A stretch of DNA of 64,000 bases, from assembly GCF_902713615.1 (NCBI RefSeq), contig NC_052149.1:180409126-180473125 (forward strand), read 5' to 3'. The position numbers were made by a program, and so were the translations under genes. Origin of the DNA: Scyliorhinus canicula. Its lineage: Eukaryota. The notes beneath the pieces are model-generated. The model saw only the letters and a program-made list of their open reading frames with translations. It ran no database searches and was not told the DNA's origin. This document shows positions 48,745 through 62,850 of this stretch, piece after piece (position 1 is the stretch's first letter; every line of letters begins with the position of its first letter).

Positions 48745-50685
48745 TCTGACAAATGATCCTTTATTAAAATTTCATTCCACATATAGTTTTGAAACACAGC
48801 AAATTATTTTCAAATAAGAAAACAAAAACATTTTTGAAGAATGCTTTACCATTTAGTCTGTGCAAAAAGTCTGTAAAACTACATTTAAAGCTTGAACAAA
48901 ATGAGTTAAAGAAAGCACAACAGAGATATTAGAATAAGTAATAGAATCAAGTGAAAACTCCAATCTACTATTCTTATCTCCAGTTTTTGAACTGTTTATG
49001 TTGTGTTCACATATAAATCTGTACCTATTGAATAGTCGGGAGTGTCATATTTTGCTTCAAAGTAAGAAGCATTTGTTAAAAATTATGAGGTGGAAATCAG
49101 AATTTGGTCATGTTTCAGAATTTTATTACAACATTTAAATGGTTCATAATGTTCCTAAAATCAATCATGTAAATGTGAATGCTGTTGTCTTTGAAGTGGG
49201 GCAAAGTACAGGAATGAGAGAGTAGAAGTGATGTCGGGATTGCTCCTTGGAGGAGGTTGAGAGGAGATTTTGTAGATGTGTTCAAAATGATGAGGGGTCT
49301 GGACAAAGCAGATAGGGACAAATAGTTTCTTTGGCAGAAGGATCAAGATCCAGAGATCACCGAATATGGTTGGTTGGCAAAAGAAGCAATGGCAACGTGG
49401 GATGAAGTATTTTTAGGCAGCAAATTGTTAGGGGATGGAATGCTCCGCCTGAAAGTGTGATGGAGGAAGGTTCAATTAAGGCCTTCAAAGTAAATTGGAT
49501 AATATACCTAAACAAAGAATGTTTGAAGGGCTGCAGGGAAAAGGTAATTGAATAGCACGGGTTGATTTGCTTATGCAGAGAGGCGGCACAGACAAAATGG
49601 GCCGAATGGCCAAATCCTGTGCTGGAACCATTCTATGATTCAATTAGTTTTGCTGCAGATTCATAAATTGTTCAAATGTCTTTAGTTTCACAAAAAAAAT
49701 GGAAAAAGGCTAGAAATTTCTCCTGTCTATACTAGTGGACAGTTCTTGGTAGGTTTGTGCAATATTTCTCAATTTTAACCTTTTTAAAAAAAAGAAATCA
49801 TCTTCATTAAAACAGTTGGGGAATGTGGTCTAAATACATCAACTATTCATGAATATTGAAAAAAGGACCGACATTTCCATCCTATAGTTACTATATCAAA
49901 GAGAATATACAAACATGATATACAAATGAGAGTCAATTTGTTTTTGTAAATTCTGTAATTAGAAAATAAATCCTCACTAACTCAAACTGTGTTACGAAAA
50001 CATGAGGGAAATGTTAATTACATTTACATTTGTAAATTAGGTTGATTGCAGGACAGAATTTTTGATATATCTCCTGAACCATAGAAGGAATATTTTCACT
50101 TTCCTTTATGTATAAGTAATTTATGAACCTGTTGGACTTCACCAGGTCCACTCTCTCTCTGTCGATCAGTTCCTATTTGGCCGACCTTATATCCAGATTG
50201 GTAATAGCTCCGTAGTTACCCGGGAAGCTCATACCACTCAAGCCACACAGGGAAAACAATCAAGCCCTGTGCGCTCCATGCAGATTATTACAGTAAACAT
50301 TAAAAACATTTTCCGAACCTTAACTGCTGTAAGGTGCACTGGAAAAATTCATTGTACCAGTTAGAACTTCATTATTTTGAAAACTTGATTCTTGCAAACA
50401 AGCAAAATGAGGAATACTGACAACCAGAACTCAGCATCAACTAGCTTGAAAATGATCATGCCATTTTACATTATGCAGTTGTTTGAAATTTTTAATTGCT
50501 ATCCTAATCTGTTTAAATCTGGGGTAGTTAATTGCAGGACACCTCTGGAATGAAATCAGGATCTTGGTGGCATGGGAAATCAAGCTGACAAATCCAGTGC
50601 CTTGAACAATGTTGTAAATAGTTGTGGCTTGTGAACATTTCACAATTTTAAAATTTGAATAGTTAAAATACATGTCAGTGAATAT
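48745..50685 (-). other. Possible 3' UTR or polyadenylation region of a minus-strand gene
   Basis: Largely repeat-free AT-rich island with a reverse AATAAA (tttatt near 48760) and a T-rich minus strand. Contains a CR1 tail at 49195-49640. Confidence 0.3.
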
Positions 50686-51167
50686 TAGAGGGAGGTGGTG
50701 ATGTACTGGTAATGTCACTGGACTAGTAAGACAAAGAGACAGGTTCAAATCTGGTCTTGTAGTTGGTGGAATTTGAATTTAATTACTAAATCTGTAATTA
50801 AAAGCTAGTAACCATGAAACCATTGTAAAAACCCATCTGGTTCACCAAAGAAAATCTGCCATCCTTACCTGATCTGACCTACATATGATTCTACACCCGC
50901 AACCATGTGGTTGATTCTTCCTCTGAAATTTCCAAGGAAGTCACTCAGTTGTATCAAACTGCTGCAAAGCCGAGAAGGAATTGACTTTGGCCCCTGAAAC
51001 AACAAAAGCAAACACAGCTCTGTCAACCCTGAGAAGTCCTCATTACCAACATTTGAGGGTATGTGCCAAAATTGGGCGAGCTACCTCACAGACAAACAAC
51101 AGCCTAACATATTAATACTTACCACGTCATAACTGCAATTCCTAAAATCACCGCCATCATGATTTAC

Positions 51168-51516
51168 GGGCAGCACGGTAGCATAGTGGTTAGCACAATT
51201 GCTTCATAGCTCCAGGGTCCCAGGTTCGATTCCGGGCTTGGGTCACTGTCTGTGCGAAGACTGCACGTTCTCCCCGTGTCTGCGTGGGTTTCCTTCGGGT
51301 GCTCCGGTTTCCTCCCACAGTCCAAAGATGTGCAGGTTAGGTGGATTGGCCATGCTAAATTGCCCTTAGTCCAAAATTGCCCTTAGTATTGGTGGGGTTA
51401 CTGGGTTATGGAGATAGGGTGGGGGGTGTGGGCTTGGGTAGGGTGCTCTTTCCAAGAGCTGGTGCAGACTCGATAGGCCAAATGGCCTCCTTCTGCACTG
51501 TAAATTATATGATTCT
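51168..51516 (+). mobile_element. Full-length HE1-type SINE
   Basis: A and B boxes, central domain and CR1-type tail. Confidence 0.92.
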
Positions 51517-53169
51517 GAGTCTTGTCCCGTCAGAGGTGATAGCATAATGGCGTTGTCTTGTTCAAAAGAAGTTCCCCTTAAAGTCATCAACATTGACACA
51601 AAACCTCATGAAACCAAGTCAAACATGGCAAGGAAAACTCCTGCTGATTACCACCCAACCACCACCCCCCACCACCATACCCCTCCCCCACCCACTTCAA
51701 CTAATTATTCAGTGCTCCTCCATGTTGAGCACCAATTGACTGAGTCCTAAATGATATCGCTGCGAGTCTGGTTCTGGGTGACAACAACAACTGTGGGGGT
51801 GGGGGGGGGGGGTGGTTTGGAGCCGGGGGCTGGGGGGGGGGGGGGATGTATTTGACCTCATGCTCACAAATCTACCTGTAGCAGATGTCCATGACAGTAT
51901 TATTAACAGTGACCACCACACAGTCCTTCTAGAGACAAAGTCCCATCATCACATTGAGGATACCCTCCATCATTCACTGTGCTAAATGGGATACATATGT
52001 AACAGATCTAGCTACTCAAATCTGGCATCCATGAGGTGTGGTGGACCATCAGCAGCAGCAGATTGTAGAAACTCATGTCCTGGCATATCTCATATTCTCC
52101 CAATATGATCAGACCAGGCAACGAACCCTGGTTCAATGAAAAATGCAGGAGTACATGCCAGGAGCAGCACCGGGTATATCTAAAAATGAGGTGTCAACCT
52201 GGTGAAGTGACAACACAGGACTACATGAATGCCAAACAGCAAAAGCAATAAGTAATAGACAGGACCAATTGATCCTGCAACCAACAGATCAGATCTAAGG
52301 CACTGCAGTCCTGCCACATCTAGTTATGAACAGTGATGAACAATGAAACAACTAACTGGAGGAGGAAGTTCCACAAATATCCCCTTCCTCTATGATGGAG
52401 AACCTTGCCCATCAATGCAAAAGACGAGGCAGAAGCATTTGGAAATATCTTAATGCTGAAGCTTCAGTTGATGATCCATCTTGGCATCCTCCTGAGGTCA
52501 TCAGTTTCACACATGATGATCTTTAGTCAGATTCACTCCACATGATGTCAAGAAATGTAAGCATTGGATACTGCAAAGGCTGCAGTATCCAACATTACAG
52601 CAATAATATTGAGGTCTTGTATCCAGAACTAGCTGAGCCCCGAGTCAAGTTGTTCTAGTCCAGCAACAACATTAACATCTACCTGGCAAGGTGGAAAGTT
52701 CCCTAGTACGTCCACAAAGAACTAAGCCAATTACTGCCCCGTCAGTCTTCTCTCAAACATCAGATAAGTGATTGAAGAGGTTGTTGACAGTGCTATTGAA
52801 TAGCACTTACTCAACAAGAACTTGCTCACTGAGGATCAGTTTGAGTTCCACCAGCGTTACTCAGTTGCTGACCTCATTACTGTTGCGGTCCAAACCTGGA
52901 CAAAAGAGATGAACTCCAGAAGTGAGGTGAGAATGACTCTCTTTGACAACAAGGCAGCAATTGACCGAGTGTGGTATCAAGGAGCCCAAGCAAAACTGAA
53001 GTCAGTGGGAAATGGAAAGCTCTCCACTGCTCGAGTCATGCCTAGCACAAAGAAAGATAAGTGTGGTTGTTGAGGTCAGACATCTCAGTCCAGGGGCATC
53101 ACTGCAGAAGTTCCTCAGGGTAGTGTCCTTGGCACAACCATCTTCAGCTGCTTCATCAATGACGTTCCT

Positions 53170-53351
53170 GAAATGAAATTAAATGAAAATCGCTTATTGT
53201 CACAATTAGGCTTCAAATGAAGTTACTGTGAAAAGCTCCTAGTTGCCACATTCCGGCACCTGTTCAGGGAGGCTGGTATGGGAATTGAGCTGCTGGTCTG
53301 CCTTGGTCTGCTTTAAAAGCCAGCGATTTAGCCCTGTGGCAAACCAGCCCC
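53170..53351 (-). mobile_element. Short tRNA SINE (ggggctggttt head)
   Basis: Reverse of the 20601-21258 family, with gaaat-repeat tail. Confidence 0.78.
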
Positions 53352-53681
53352 TTGCATCATAAGTCAAAAATAAGGAGGTTTGCTGATGATTGCTCAGAGT
53401 TCCGTATCATTCACGACTCCTCCGACACCAAAGCAATCCATGTCCATATATAGCAAGACCTGGACGGCAGTCAGGCTTGGGCTGATAGTGGCAAGTAACA
53501 TTCATGCGCATAAGTGCAAGGCCGTGACTATCTCCAACAAGAGGGAATCCAACCATCTCTCTTTGACATTCAATGTCATTACCATCCCTGAATCCCTCAC
53601 TATCAGTAACCTGGGGGCTTGCCATTGACCAGAAACTGAACTGGACCAACTATATAAACATTGTAACTACAAGAACACTAT

Positions 53682-54319
53682 GGGCGGTATTCTCCATTGG
53701 GTGACGCCAAAATTGGGAATTGCGATCGGGCAGAGAATACTCGATGCTGGAATCGCGGCAGGCGCCAGATTGATGTTGAATCATGATGCTCCGCCCCCTC
53801 CAAAATGGCATCATTATGACACACGGCCTGCGGAGTTGAAACCCCATTCGCAACTCATTAGTGGGCCCACCCGTGATGCTCTGCTTCCGATGGGCCGAGT
53901 TCCCGATGGCGCGGTGATCGTGTGCTCTCAACAATCGTGAACCTGGCGTGGTGGTTGATCAGAGAGTGCGAGGGTGTGTGCACAGTGTGCAGCACCACCA
54001 TACTGTGCTGACAGTCATGCCGCTGACCGGGCAGCTTCTGCCAGGCCTGGGGGAGGAGTGGGGGGTGGCCAGGAAGTGGGTTGTGGGTTCGGGGTGGACG
54101 GTTATGCCGGACCATCATTGCAGCCGGCAGGATAGCCATGTGACTCAGCGGTTCTCCCATCATTTGCTGTGTGTTCTGCTGGTGTTCCACACGGCGCAGT
54201 TGCTAGCCCCTCACCGGTAGCAGAATCGGTGCAGGTGTGGTGCCCAGTTTTCTGATGTGGAACTCCACTGATCTTCCATTGGCGTCAGCACATTGATTCA
54301 GGAACAGAGAATCCAGCCC
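53682..54319. mobile_element. Harbinger-type MITE
   Basis: TIRs gggcggtattctcc / gagaatccagccc, 3-bp duplication TAT. Confidence 0.85.
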
Positions 54320-56544
54320 TATGTATTCTGTGGAGAGTAATTCACTTTCTGACTCTCCATAGCCTGTCCACCATCTAAAAGGCAAAAGTCAGGAGTGTGT
54401 TGGAATATTGTCCATTTGTTTGGCCAGTTCCAACAAAACTCAAGCAGCTCGACCATTCAGGGCAAAGCAGACTGTGTGATTGGCACCCAATGCATCCCTT
54501 AAGTGTTCACTCTTTCCACCACACAGTGGTAGCAGTGTGTCCTATCTATAAATATAACAACTCACCAAGGATCCTTCAACAACCGCTTCCAAATGTGTCC
54601 TCTGCCACCTACAATGACAAGAGCATCAGATGAAGTCACCAACCTCAAGTTCCTTTCTCAGCCACACACCATCCTGACATGGAAATACTTCACTGTTCCT
54701 TAGTTGTTGCTGGGTCAGAATGTTGGAACTCTCTTCCGAACTGTGGGTGTACTTATCAAGTGCTGGCAAATCAATTTTGGCACTGGAACATACACAGGCA
54801 AGTGCATTCTATTCTTCCCCAACAATGTGCTTCAACACAGCTTCAGATGTTAGGAACATGGGAACAGAGAAGCAGGAGTATGCCATTTGGTGAATCAAGC
54901 CTCCTTCAGCATTCAAACAGACCATGGCTGGTCAGCTACTCTGCGCCATTTTTCTCCAGCACCAATAGTTGAGCATACACAGCCTTCAGGAGTAGAGAAT
55001 TCTGAAGATTCATCAGCCTCTCAAGGAAGAAATTCCTCCTAATCTCACTCTTGATAATGACCTGCCCCTTATTTTGAGACAGTGCCTCTTGGTTCTGGAC
55101 TCGCCAGCCAGGGAACGTATCCTATCCACATCTACTCCTGTCATGCCCTGTAAGAATTTTGTACGTTTCAATGAAGTCACCCCTCATTCTTTGAAATGCC
55201 AGGGAATACAGATCAAGTTTTCTCAATCACTCCTCATAAGACGTCCCACCATCCCAGGGATTAGCCTGGTGAACCTCCGTTACATTCACTTCCACAAGTT
55301 TTCGGTGACCCGTGAACAAGGAGACTCAGGTCTCTTTGGGCATCAAGACGTCCCATTGTCTCACCATACGAAATAGTCTGCCATTCAAATGTTTTTTCTA
55401 CAAAAGTGTATAACTTCACAGGTATTCACAATGAATACCATAATCCATGGTCTTGGCCATGTATGTAGCCTATCCAAATCCTCTTACAGCTTCCTTGTAA
55501 CCTCCTCACAACCTACATACCCACCTAATTTTGTGGCATCAGCAATTTGGAAATATTGCATTTGGTGCCCATATCCAAATCATTTATATAGATTGTGAAC
55601 AGCTGGGCTCCAGCACTGATAATTACGGTATACAACTACAAATAGTCTGCCATCCTGGGAATGATCTGTACTTTGACAAGGTACCGCATTGTAGGTTATT
55701 GTTTAAGGTTAAATCTCACGGGGTCCAGGGTGAGGTAGCTAATTGTATACAAAATTGGCTTGACGACAGAAGACACAGGTGGTTTCAGAAGGTTGTTTTT
55801 CAAAATGGAGGCCTGTGACCAGTGGTGTGCCTCAAGGATCAGTGTTGGGTCCACTGTTACTTGTTATTTATATTACTGATTTGGATGAGAATTCAGAAGG
55901 CATGGTTAGTAAGTTTGCAGATGACACCAAGATTGGTGGCATAGTGGACAGTGAAGAAGGTTATCTAGGATTACAACGGGATCTTGAGCAATTTGGCCAG
56001 TAGGCCGATGACTGGCAGATGGAGTTTAATTTAGATAAATGTGAGGTGATGAATTTTGGTCGATCGAATCTTGGCAGGACCTACTCAGTTAATGGTAGGG
56101 TGTTGGAGAGAGCTATTGTACAAAGAGAACCCGGAGTACAGGTCAGTAGCTGCTTGAAAGTGGAATCACAGGTTGAATTAAATAATTCTCCATCTATACC
56201 AGTATTTTACCCCAAACCCCATGTGCACTAATTTTGTTTGCTAATCTCCCGTGTGGAACTTTATCAAAAGCCTTCTGAAAATCCAATAATATTGGGCATG
56301 ATCTACCGGCCAAGCTGTGCCTGAAAGTCAGCACACCATGTCACAACTTGGCCGGAGATGCCGGGATACCTCGCTTCTGGGATCTATCCGGCTCACTATG
56401 CCTCGGATGATCGAGTGCAATCTCGTGAGATGTCATGATGTGAATCCCACCCATTGTGGGCGGGATCAGCTTTTGGAAAATCTGCATATTAGAGCGAGAC
56501 AGCTAGTCTCATTCTAATATGCAGTTCCCTGGGGTAGCCTGACA

Positions 56545-58292
56545 TTGGTGTTGGGGAAAATGCTGAAGTCAATTATTAAGGATGAAATAACTGCATTTGG
56601 AAAGTGGGGACAGGATTGCTCCAAGTCAACATGGACTCACTAAAGGGAAATCATGCTTGACAAATCTTTTGTAATTTGTTGAGCCTGTGACCAGTAGAGT
56701 GGACAAGGGTGAACCAGTGGATGTTGTGTATCTGGACTTTCAAAAGGCTTTTGACAAGACCTCACACAAGAGATTAGTGAGCAAAATTAAAGCTCATGAT
56801 ATTGGGGGAAATGCATTGACATGGATAAAGAACTGATTGGCAGACAGGAAGCAGAGAGTGGGAATAAAGGGGTCTTTTTCAAATTGGCAGACAGTGACTT
56901 GTGGGATATGGCAGGGTTCAGTGCTGGGACCCCAGCTGTTCACAATATACATTAACGACTTGGACGAAGGAATTGTATGCAATATCTCTAAATTTGCAAA
57001 CGAGACTAAGCTGGGTGGCAGTGTGTACTGTGAGGCGGATGCAAAGAGGCTGCAGGGTGACTTGGACAGGCTGGCTGAGTGGGCAAATTCTTGACAAATG
57101 CAATATGATGTGGGTAAATGTGAGGTTATTCACTTTGGTGGCAAAAACAGGAAGGCAGATTATTGTGTTTGGTCCCTTGTATTTTATGAAGCAACTCACC
57201 AAATACTTTGATATGTCCAAACCAGGATCCCTTTATTGTGTCTTGTGTGATAAGGTGGCAAGCTGATATAGAGCACGTTATCATGAAGTCTTGCTTCTCC
57301 TCTGGATCTCATACTTAGCTCTGACCAATTATATGTACATCTTATTACCCTCTCAATCTTCTTCTAAAGATGTCCGGATTTATATCCTTTATAAAGATGT
57401 CACCCTTTATATCCGAGTCACAGGTCAGATGACCTTGGTCTAGAGACCGCATGGTGTGTCTGTACCACCATCTGCTGGTTGGAGATTGCACACCATCCAA
57501 CTATGATATAACTCATAGGCATAGCACCACCGCAGATTATTATATGAATGGTGACAGTTTAGGAAAAGGGGAAGTTCAATGAGACCTGGGTTTCATGGTG
57601 GAACAGTTGCTGAAGGTTAGGATGCAGGTTCAGCAGGCGGTGAGGAATGCTAATGGCATGCTGGCCTTCATAGCGAGAGGATTTGAGTATAGAAGTAGGG
57701 ATGTCTTGCTGCATTTATATAGGGCCTTGGTGAGACTACAACTTGAGTATCGTGTGCAGTTTTGGTCTCCTAGTTTGAGGAAGAATATTCTTGCTATTGA
57801 GGGTGTGCAAAGAAGGTTCACCAGACTAATTCAGGGATAGCAGGACTAACATATGAAGAAAGACTGGATCAACAGGGCTTGTACTTGCTGAAGTTTAGAA
57901 GAATGAGAGGGGATCTCATAGATACATATAAAACCCTGATGGAACTGGGCAGGCTAGATGCGGGATGAATGTTCCGGATGTTGGGGACGTCTAGAACTAG
58001 GGGTCACAGCCTAAGAATAATGGGTCAGTCATTTAGGACTGTGATGAGGAAGAACTTCTTCTCTCAGAGAGTTGTGAACTTGTGGAATTCTCCACCACAT
58101 AAAGCTGTTGGGGCCAATTTATTGGATATATTCAAGAGGGAGCTGGATGTGCCCTTGAAGCTAAAGTGATCAAGGCATATGGGGAGAAAGCGGATGTGGG
58201 ATTCTGAATTTTCATGATCAGCCATTGAATGGTGATGTAGGATCGAAGGGCCTAATGGCCTACTCCTGCACCTATTTTCTATGTTTCTTTGT
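56545..58292 (+). mobile_element. CR1 LINE RT and 3' end
   Basis: DFQKAFDK, QGSVLGPQLFTIYINDL, KFANETK and 3' tail. Confidence 0.9.
57164..57531 (-). mobile_element. Solo-LTR-like insert in CR1
   Basis: Interrupts CR1, with gcagattat duplicated on both sides. Has a reverse AATAAA and TATA-like motifs. Confidence 0.6.
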
Positions 58293-59092
58293 AACTGAAG
58301 CATTTCTATCAATCTGCTTCACCGCGAAGACCTTGGGCAAACGCTGTTCTGTACTGATCCCCACAAATGGCGGAACGGCACTTATGGGGGTCTCTCAGGG
58401 CATTAGAGGCCCCCCGGTGTTTGTCTTCTGGGCAGGGTGGCACCCTGGCACAGCTGGTGCTAGCCTGGTATCCTGGCAGTGCCAACCTGGTACCCTAGCA
58501 ATATCACTTGGGTGCCAGCCTGGCACTTTCATGGTGCCCAGGTGGCATTGCCAGCTGGCAGGGCACTACCAATGTGCCAGGCTGGCACTGCCAAGGTGCC
58601 AAGCTGGTATTTTTGTACTGACAGGAATCGGGCCCAGGGGTGCCCTGTGCACATCAGGGGGATGTGGGGGCCCTTAGGATTCTCTTATAGGTGAATTGGG
58701 TTTTTAAGGATCACATTGGGGGTACGAGAGAGCAGGATGCCTTTTAAAAATGGCGTCCCAATCTCGCCCTGCACTGAGGATTTTCAGCAAGTAAGGCTGG
58801 AAGTGGGACTAAGTGTGGCCTCGGCTGTGCATTCCCCGCCGGGGTCCCATATTTAAACAGAGCCGCTTTAAATGACATTGTGTTTCTCGGCATTGCGAGC
58901 GCCGAGAAGCACACATCTAAATGCGCACATTATGGGACTCGTTAGATTGGGCCCATCATATCCACTGGTGCTCCTTTATCTATGCTACAGGAAACATCCT
59001 CAATATATCCAAACAGGTTTTTCCTTCCTTTTCATAAATCCATGTTGATTCTGTCCAATCACATCAGTATTTTCTAAACGTTCAGCTATCGT

Positions 59093-59751
59093 GGCCGGGA
59101 TTCTCAATTCTGGGGCCTAAGTGATCCCATCAGCGAAGAATCAGGACTGGTCTCCACAACGCTGGGAATGGGGCCCAGTTTGGATTCTCTCTTCTTTTTC
59201 ATACAAATATATGCATGGGGGAAAGTTCACCGGATACCTTCAGAATCCTGTAATCAGGCCACCATTTTGAGCGAACGGACCAATCGCGAGATCCAGCAGC
59301 AGGCCCCATTACCCCCCACACTGCAAATCCTGCCCCTCCCCCCTGCTGACAAGTAGGGGCATTCTCCCCCCCCCCCCCCCCCCCCCCACTACTGGAATAA
59401 AAGGTCATCTCTCCCCACAGCATGCATGAATGAAAGTGACCCAGGCCCTTCCCCACTGACTACCCCACTGACCCGCTGTGCCCCCATCAGTCACCTCGAT
59501 CAAACCCTCCATCAGAGGGGGTTGGTGCATAATGGAGGGGTATGAAGCGGGCTTGAAGTCCGTTAATTATATTGAAATGGATGGCAATCACCGAGTTGCC
59601 TCCACCTGGCGCGGTGCTGGTAGCATGCTGAGGCTGAGGGCGGGGGTCGGAGCTTCGCAACGGGTGCCAAGCACATTTTCCGGGGTACATGCCATTCTCT
59701 GCCCAATGGGGAATCCCGTTTCACAGCATCAGGCAATGGAGAATCCATCCC
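59093..59751. mobile_element. Harbinger-type MITE
   Basis: ggccgggattctc ... ggagaatccatccc. Confidence 0.75.
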
Positions 59752-60132
59752 CATATCGTTTATAATACATTCTAACATGTCCCCAATTGCTGATGTCAAG
59801 CTAACAGGTATGTAGTTCTCCATTTTCTCATTCCCTCTCCGTAAATAGTGGGGTTATATTTGCTACTTCCCAGTTGGCAGAAAGCTTTTAATTCTGAATT
59901 TTGAAAGGTAACCACCAATGCGTCCATTATCTCTATAAGCACATTCTGTGATGCAACTGATCTGGTCCAGGGTTTATCGCCCTTCTTTCAATTTGTTTTA
60001 TTCCACCTCTTTATTTATACTAGTTTCTTTCAGTTCCTCATGTTCACAAGTCCCTTGGTTCCCTTGAACCTGTACCTTCCTCAGTTAAGACGGACACAAT
60101 AATAACTGTTTAGTTTATCCACCATTACACTA

Positions 60133-60527
60133 TGTTGCAATATAAATTCTGCTGTCTCTGACCGACATTGATTGACACACAGGATGACCAATGAACACAC
60201 AGAACACAGGAGCCAATCACCAGACAGGACACGGACACGATAAAGCCAGAGGGCACTAGTTTTCCCGCTCTCTTCGGATGCAGCCTCTGAGACAGCCAGA
60301 GCCTGTGAGCAACAACACGAACATCCACCATGTGGTAATAAGATAGTCTTGTCAGGTTAGCTTCAGGTCTCCAGTCAACTCAGCATAGTGTCAACCCACA
60401 GTTTAAGTCTGTTTAACAGTTGGTAGTTCAATAAAATAGAGTTGCATTTCTCCAAGTGTTGGAAGCCTGTCTCTTTCACTGCTATGGTAAACGCAGTCCT
60501 CCCAGACCCAGCATACCCAACACATCA
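60133..60527 (+). mobile_element. Solo LTR (Gypsy-like)
   Basis: TG...CA, CCAAT boxes and AATAAA near 60430. Interrupts the CR1. Confidence 0.7.
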
Positions 60528-61452
60528 GTCTCCACTTTTGTAATGCACCTACATTTATCCTTATTAATCTTTTCCTTTTCACATACCTAAAGAAGCTTTG
60601 ACAGTCCACCTTTATGTTTCTCACAAGCTTGCATTCATATTTTTGTTTCTCTTTCTTTATCAATTTCTTCATCCACTTTTGCTGGTCACTATATTGCTCC
60701 CAATCCTCAGGCTTAACACTTTATCCGGCAACTTTGTGAGGCACTTCCTTTGATCTAGTGCAATCTTTAACCATTTTGCTAGCCATGGTTCACTCACCTT
60801 CCTGTTGGATTCTTATGTCATCGAGAAATGTAGATTATTGAATACTTTTAAAAATACCTGTTATTGCTTGCTACCATCAAATCTGTTAATACATTTCCCA
60901 ATCCATCACAGTCAATTTATTTGCCCCATATAATTTCAGTTTCCTTTGTTCAGATTTAAGTTTTCAAAAGAATGATATCACTTTCAAACTTAAATTAAAA
61001 TTCTGTCATATTATGGTCATTTAAGGCTCCTCTATGGTAAGGTTATTAATTAGCTCTTCCTCATTATGTAATAGAGTACTTAAAATAGCCCAATCCCTTG
61101 TTGTACTTCCCCGGAGACCCATTTCATACACACTCCAGGAATTCATCTTCCATAGCATTAGTGCTAATTAGGTTTAATTGAGGTCGCCCTTTATTGCTGT
61201 ATTATCCATGTTGCATGCGGCTTTAATTTCTTGATTTATACTATCCTCATTAACAAGTAGCCGATAAACAACTCCCACCAACGTTTGCTGCCCCTTGTTA
61301 TTTCTTAGCTCCATCCAAACTGATTCTACATCTTCATTCCTTTGGTCTAAGATATACTCGCACACATGCACTGATCTTATCCCTTATCAACTGATCTCCC
61401 TCCCTTTTCTTTTTGACCATCCTTCCTAAATGATGAATACCCTTCAGCATTC

Positions 61453-61635
61453 AGGCTGCAGAATTGGTCACTCTGTAACCATGGCCGCAATTCAGTGGCC
61501 AGCAAGGGCTAGATCCAGAACACGCTGGGTGGAGAGAATCGTTTGACTCGCGATCGGCCCGTGTGGGGCTCTTGCGCGATTCACCTTGTGCGGCCCACTC
61601 CATGGCAGGTGCAACGTGGTTGCTGAATTGCGCCC
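61453..61635. mobile_element. Short MITE
   Basis: CpG-rich insert in CR1 ending gaattgcgccc. Confidence 0.55.
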
Positions 61636-62614
61636 CATGTCTCAGTAATAGCAATTAAACCATACCCATTTACTTATATTTGTGACTTCAAATCATCTAC
61701 GTTATTATGAATGCAATGTGTATTCAGATCGAGTTTCCTTAACTTTAACATTATACCACATTCTGATATTATTTGATATCTGCCTTCACTTTGTCTGTCT
61801 TCTAACTTACCTTACTACTTTTCTATTTTCTGTTACCAGTTTTGATTCCCACCAATCTGAGCTCCTCTTCAGGTTGCCACCCCCTGGCAATCTAGTTAAA
61901 CCCTCCCCAACAGCACTAGCAAATGTTACTGAGAGGATGTTAGGCCCAGTTCGATTAAGGTACAACCTATTCATCTTGTCCAGGTCCACATGTCCCAGAA
62001 TAGGTTCCAATTCCTCAGAAATCTGATTCCTCCCTTCCTACACCAACTCTCACATGTTCAATGGTCGAATCCTCCTATTCCTCCTATTCCTATGCTCGCT
62101 AGCAGATGACACTGAGAATAATCCTGAGATTACTGCTTTTAAGGTTCTGCTTTCTAATTCCTTTCCTAACTTCTAAAATCTTTAAGAATTGGGGAAAACT
62201 AAGATTAAAAAAAGAAATTAGGATAAAATTAAAAATGGAATTATTAAGTGCAGCTGTCTAAGGGATGTTTTGATATGCAAATTAGCATACCTGTGAGACT
62301 GGCAAGTGTTCACCTATGTGACTAGGGGAGAACGAGGGAACATTAAGGAATGCATGAGAAGGTAGGAGACTATGCCTGAATGAGACAGAAACAGAGTGTG
62401 GAGTTGAGAATTTGGTTGACATAGGAATTCGGTTCATAGGGTGAAAGAGGTGCTCCATCTAATACCTTTCTAGCAGTCTCCAGAAGTTGGAATAAGAGCA
62501 GGAGTTGATTGGTGATAAGTCTACTATACTTTCCAGTCTGCATGGGCAGAAAGGAAGAAAAGTCAAATAGTAATGGTGGGAGGGGATTCAATAGTTAAGG
62601 GAACAGACAGACAT

Positions 62615-62850
62615 TTCTGTGGCCATTTTCCGGTGCCTGTTCAGGCACACAGAGGGAGAATTCAGAATGTCCAAATTACCTAACAGCACATCTTTCGGGA
62701 GCTGTGGGAGGAAACCGGAGTACCTGGAGGAAATCCACGTAAACACAGGGAGAACATGCAGACTCCACACAGACAGTGACCCAGGCCAGGAATCGAACCT
62801 GGGACCCTTTAACTGTGAAACAACAGTGCTAACCATTGTGCTACCATGCC
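62615..62850 (-). mobile_element. HE1-head SINE with alternative tail, 3'-truncated
   Basis: Similar to 41257-41527. Confidence 0.85.

Larger units (their letters stand above)
50690..54760 (+). mobile_element. Decayed CR1-group LINE with tRNA-like 5' head, apparently single ORF
   Basis: Head ggtggtgatgtactggtaatgtcactggactagtaa...ggttcaaatc, endonuclease start near 51040, RT motifs (DQFEFHQ, FDNKAAIDRVW, VPQGSVLG, FADD). Nested SINEs and a MITE. Confidence 0.8.
56294..58954. mobile_element. Non-autonomous Harbinger split by a CR1
   Basis: gggcatgatcta ... tagattgggccc termini. tggca/tgcca-rich interior like 23580-23800. Confidence 0.7.
54850..62170 (-). mobile_element. Old CR1 LINE fragmented by nested insertions
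   Basis: 3' tail near 54850, RT pieces at 55400-56290 and 58955-60120, EN at 61170-61440, ORF1 end (MNRLYLNRTGPNILS) at 61807-62010. Includes a plus-strand CR1 piece at 55670-56175. Confidence 0.78.

Noticed and set aside
51168-51240. SINE heads as functional tRNA genes
   Set aside because: They continue into SINE bodies and tails and lack complete cloverleaf stems.
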